This document shows positions 63,601 through 64,000 of a stretch of 64,000 bases of DNA, piece after piece. The stretch covers positions 308,431 through 372,430 of the forward strand of contig NMRA01000277.1 of the NCBI GenBank assembly GCA_002633005.1, given 5' to 3'. The notes beneath the pieces were generated by a model, which was not told where the DNA came from, searched no databases, and saw only the letters and a program-made list of their open reading frames with translations. A program made the position numbers and the translations under genes. Origin of the DNA: Phoronis australis. Lineage: Eukaryota > Animalia > Phoronida. Position 1 is the stretch's first letter, and the number at the start of each line of letters is the position of its first letter.

Positions 63601-64000
63601 CTTCCTATCAAACTGATGTCTAAAACTTGCCGCCGCGGTGTCACATGCTCCGCGTCAGTCGTGTTTACACGCACACTTTTACTTGATTAGCTGTTCCATG
63701 TTAGCCGCACTGTGTCAGCTGTCTCTGGTGTAAATGTGGCTGTAGTACCTTAAAAGTAACCAGATTGTGTCATGGCCATTTTGTGTTATGGTGTACATGT
63801 ATATAGGTCTTCGGGCCTATAAATATTAGGAATGTGACAATATGCATTTTTAGCAGGGATTCCACTATTTTAGATTCAATTCCTGTTTCTAACATTACAT
63901 ATTCATTTTTTAAGCAGTAAGTAGTTACCAATTTTAACAACATTGTTAAATATTGATAAGATTCAAACTAAACTGTATATTTATTCACACATCTCAAAAT

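Noticed and set aside
60671-64000. Search for next ATAT1 exon (AIDRPSxK motif)
   Set aside because: Not found; region treated as intron continuing past the window

Overview
Eukaryotic (invertebrate animal, probably marine) genomic DNA with spliceosomal introns; most entries in the ORF track are spurious. Four protein-coding loci can be built from splice sites and motifs: (1) first coding exon of a UDP-glycosyltransferase (minus, runs off the left edge); (2) a complete 5-exon, 189-aa divergent calmodulin-like EF-hand gene (9324-15036, +); (3) a complete 4-exon secreted protein of about 478 aa with an N-terminal single vWC-like Cys domain and a long charged tail carrying repeated [FY]AP[IL]P motifs (37966-41601, +); (4) the first three coding exons of alpha-tubulin acetyltransferase ATAT1 (58241-60670, +, runs off the right edge). 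A tandem array of about 1.13-kb units carries four tRNA-Gly genes (one with a Gly-to-Asp anticodon change) plus a decayed fifth copy. Mobile DNA is abundant: an AcademX-like element with long foldback TIRs and a 3-bp TSD, Kolobok elements (TTAA TSD, THAP and KolX/P2X7-ballast-like ORFs), hAT-like MITEs with 5-bp TSDs, Harbinger-type MITEs, tRNA-derived SINE heads, and Penelope-like remnants with minimal hammerhead ribozyme motifs. Comparison of paralogous repeats inside the window indicates that the very frequent TACATGTA-type motifs are Tc1/mariner excision footprints. All calls are by eye; no database search was run.
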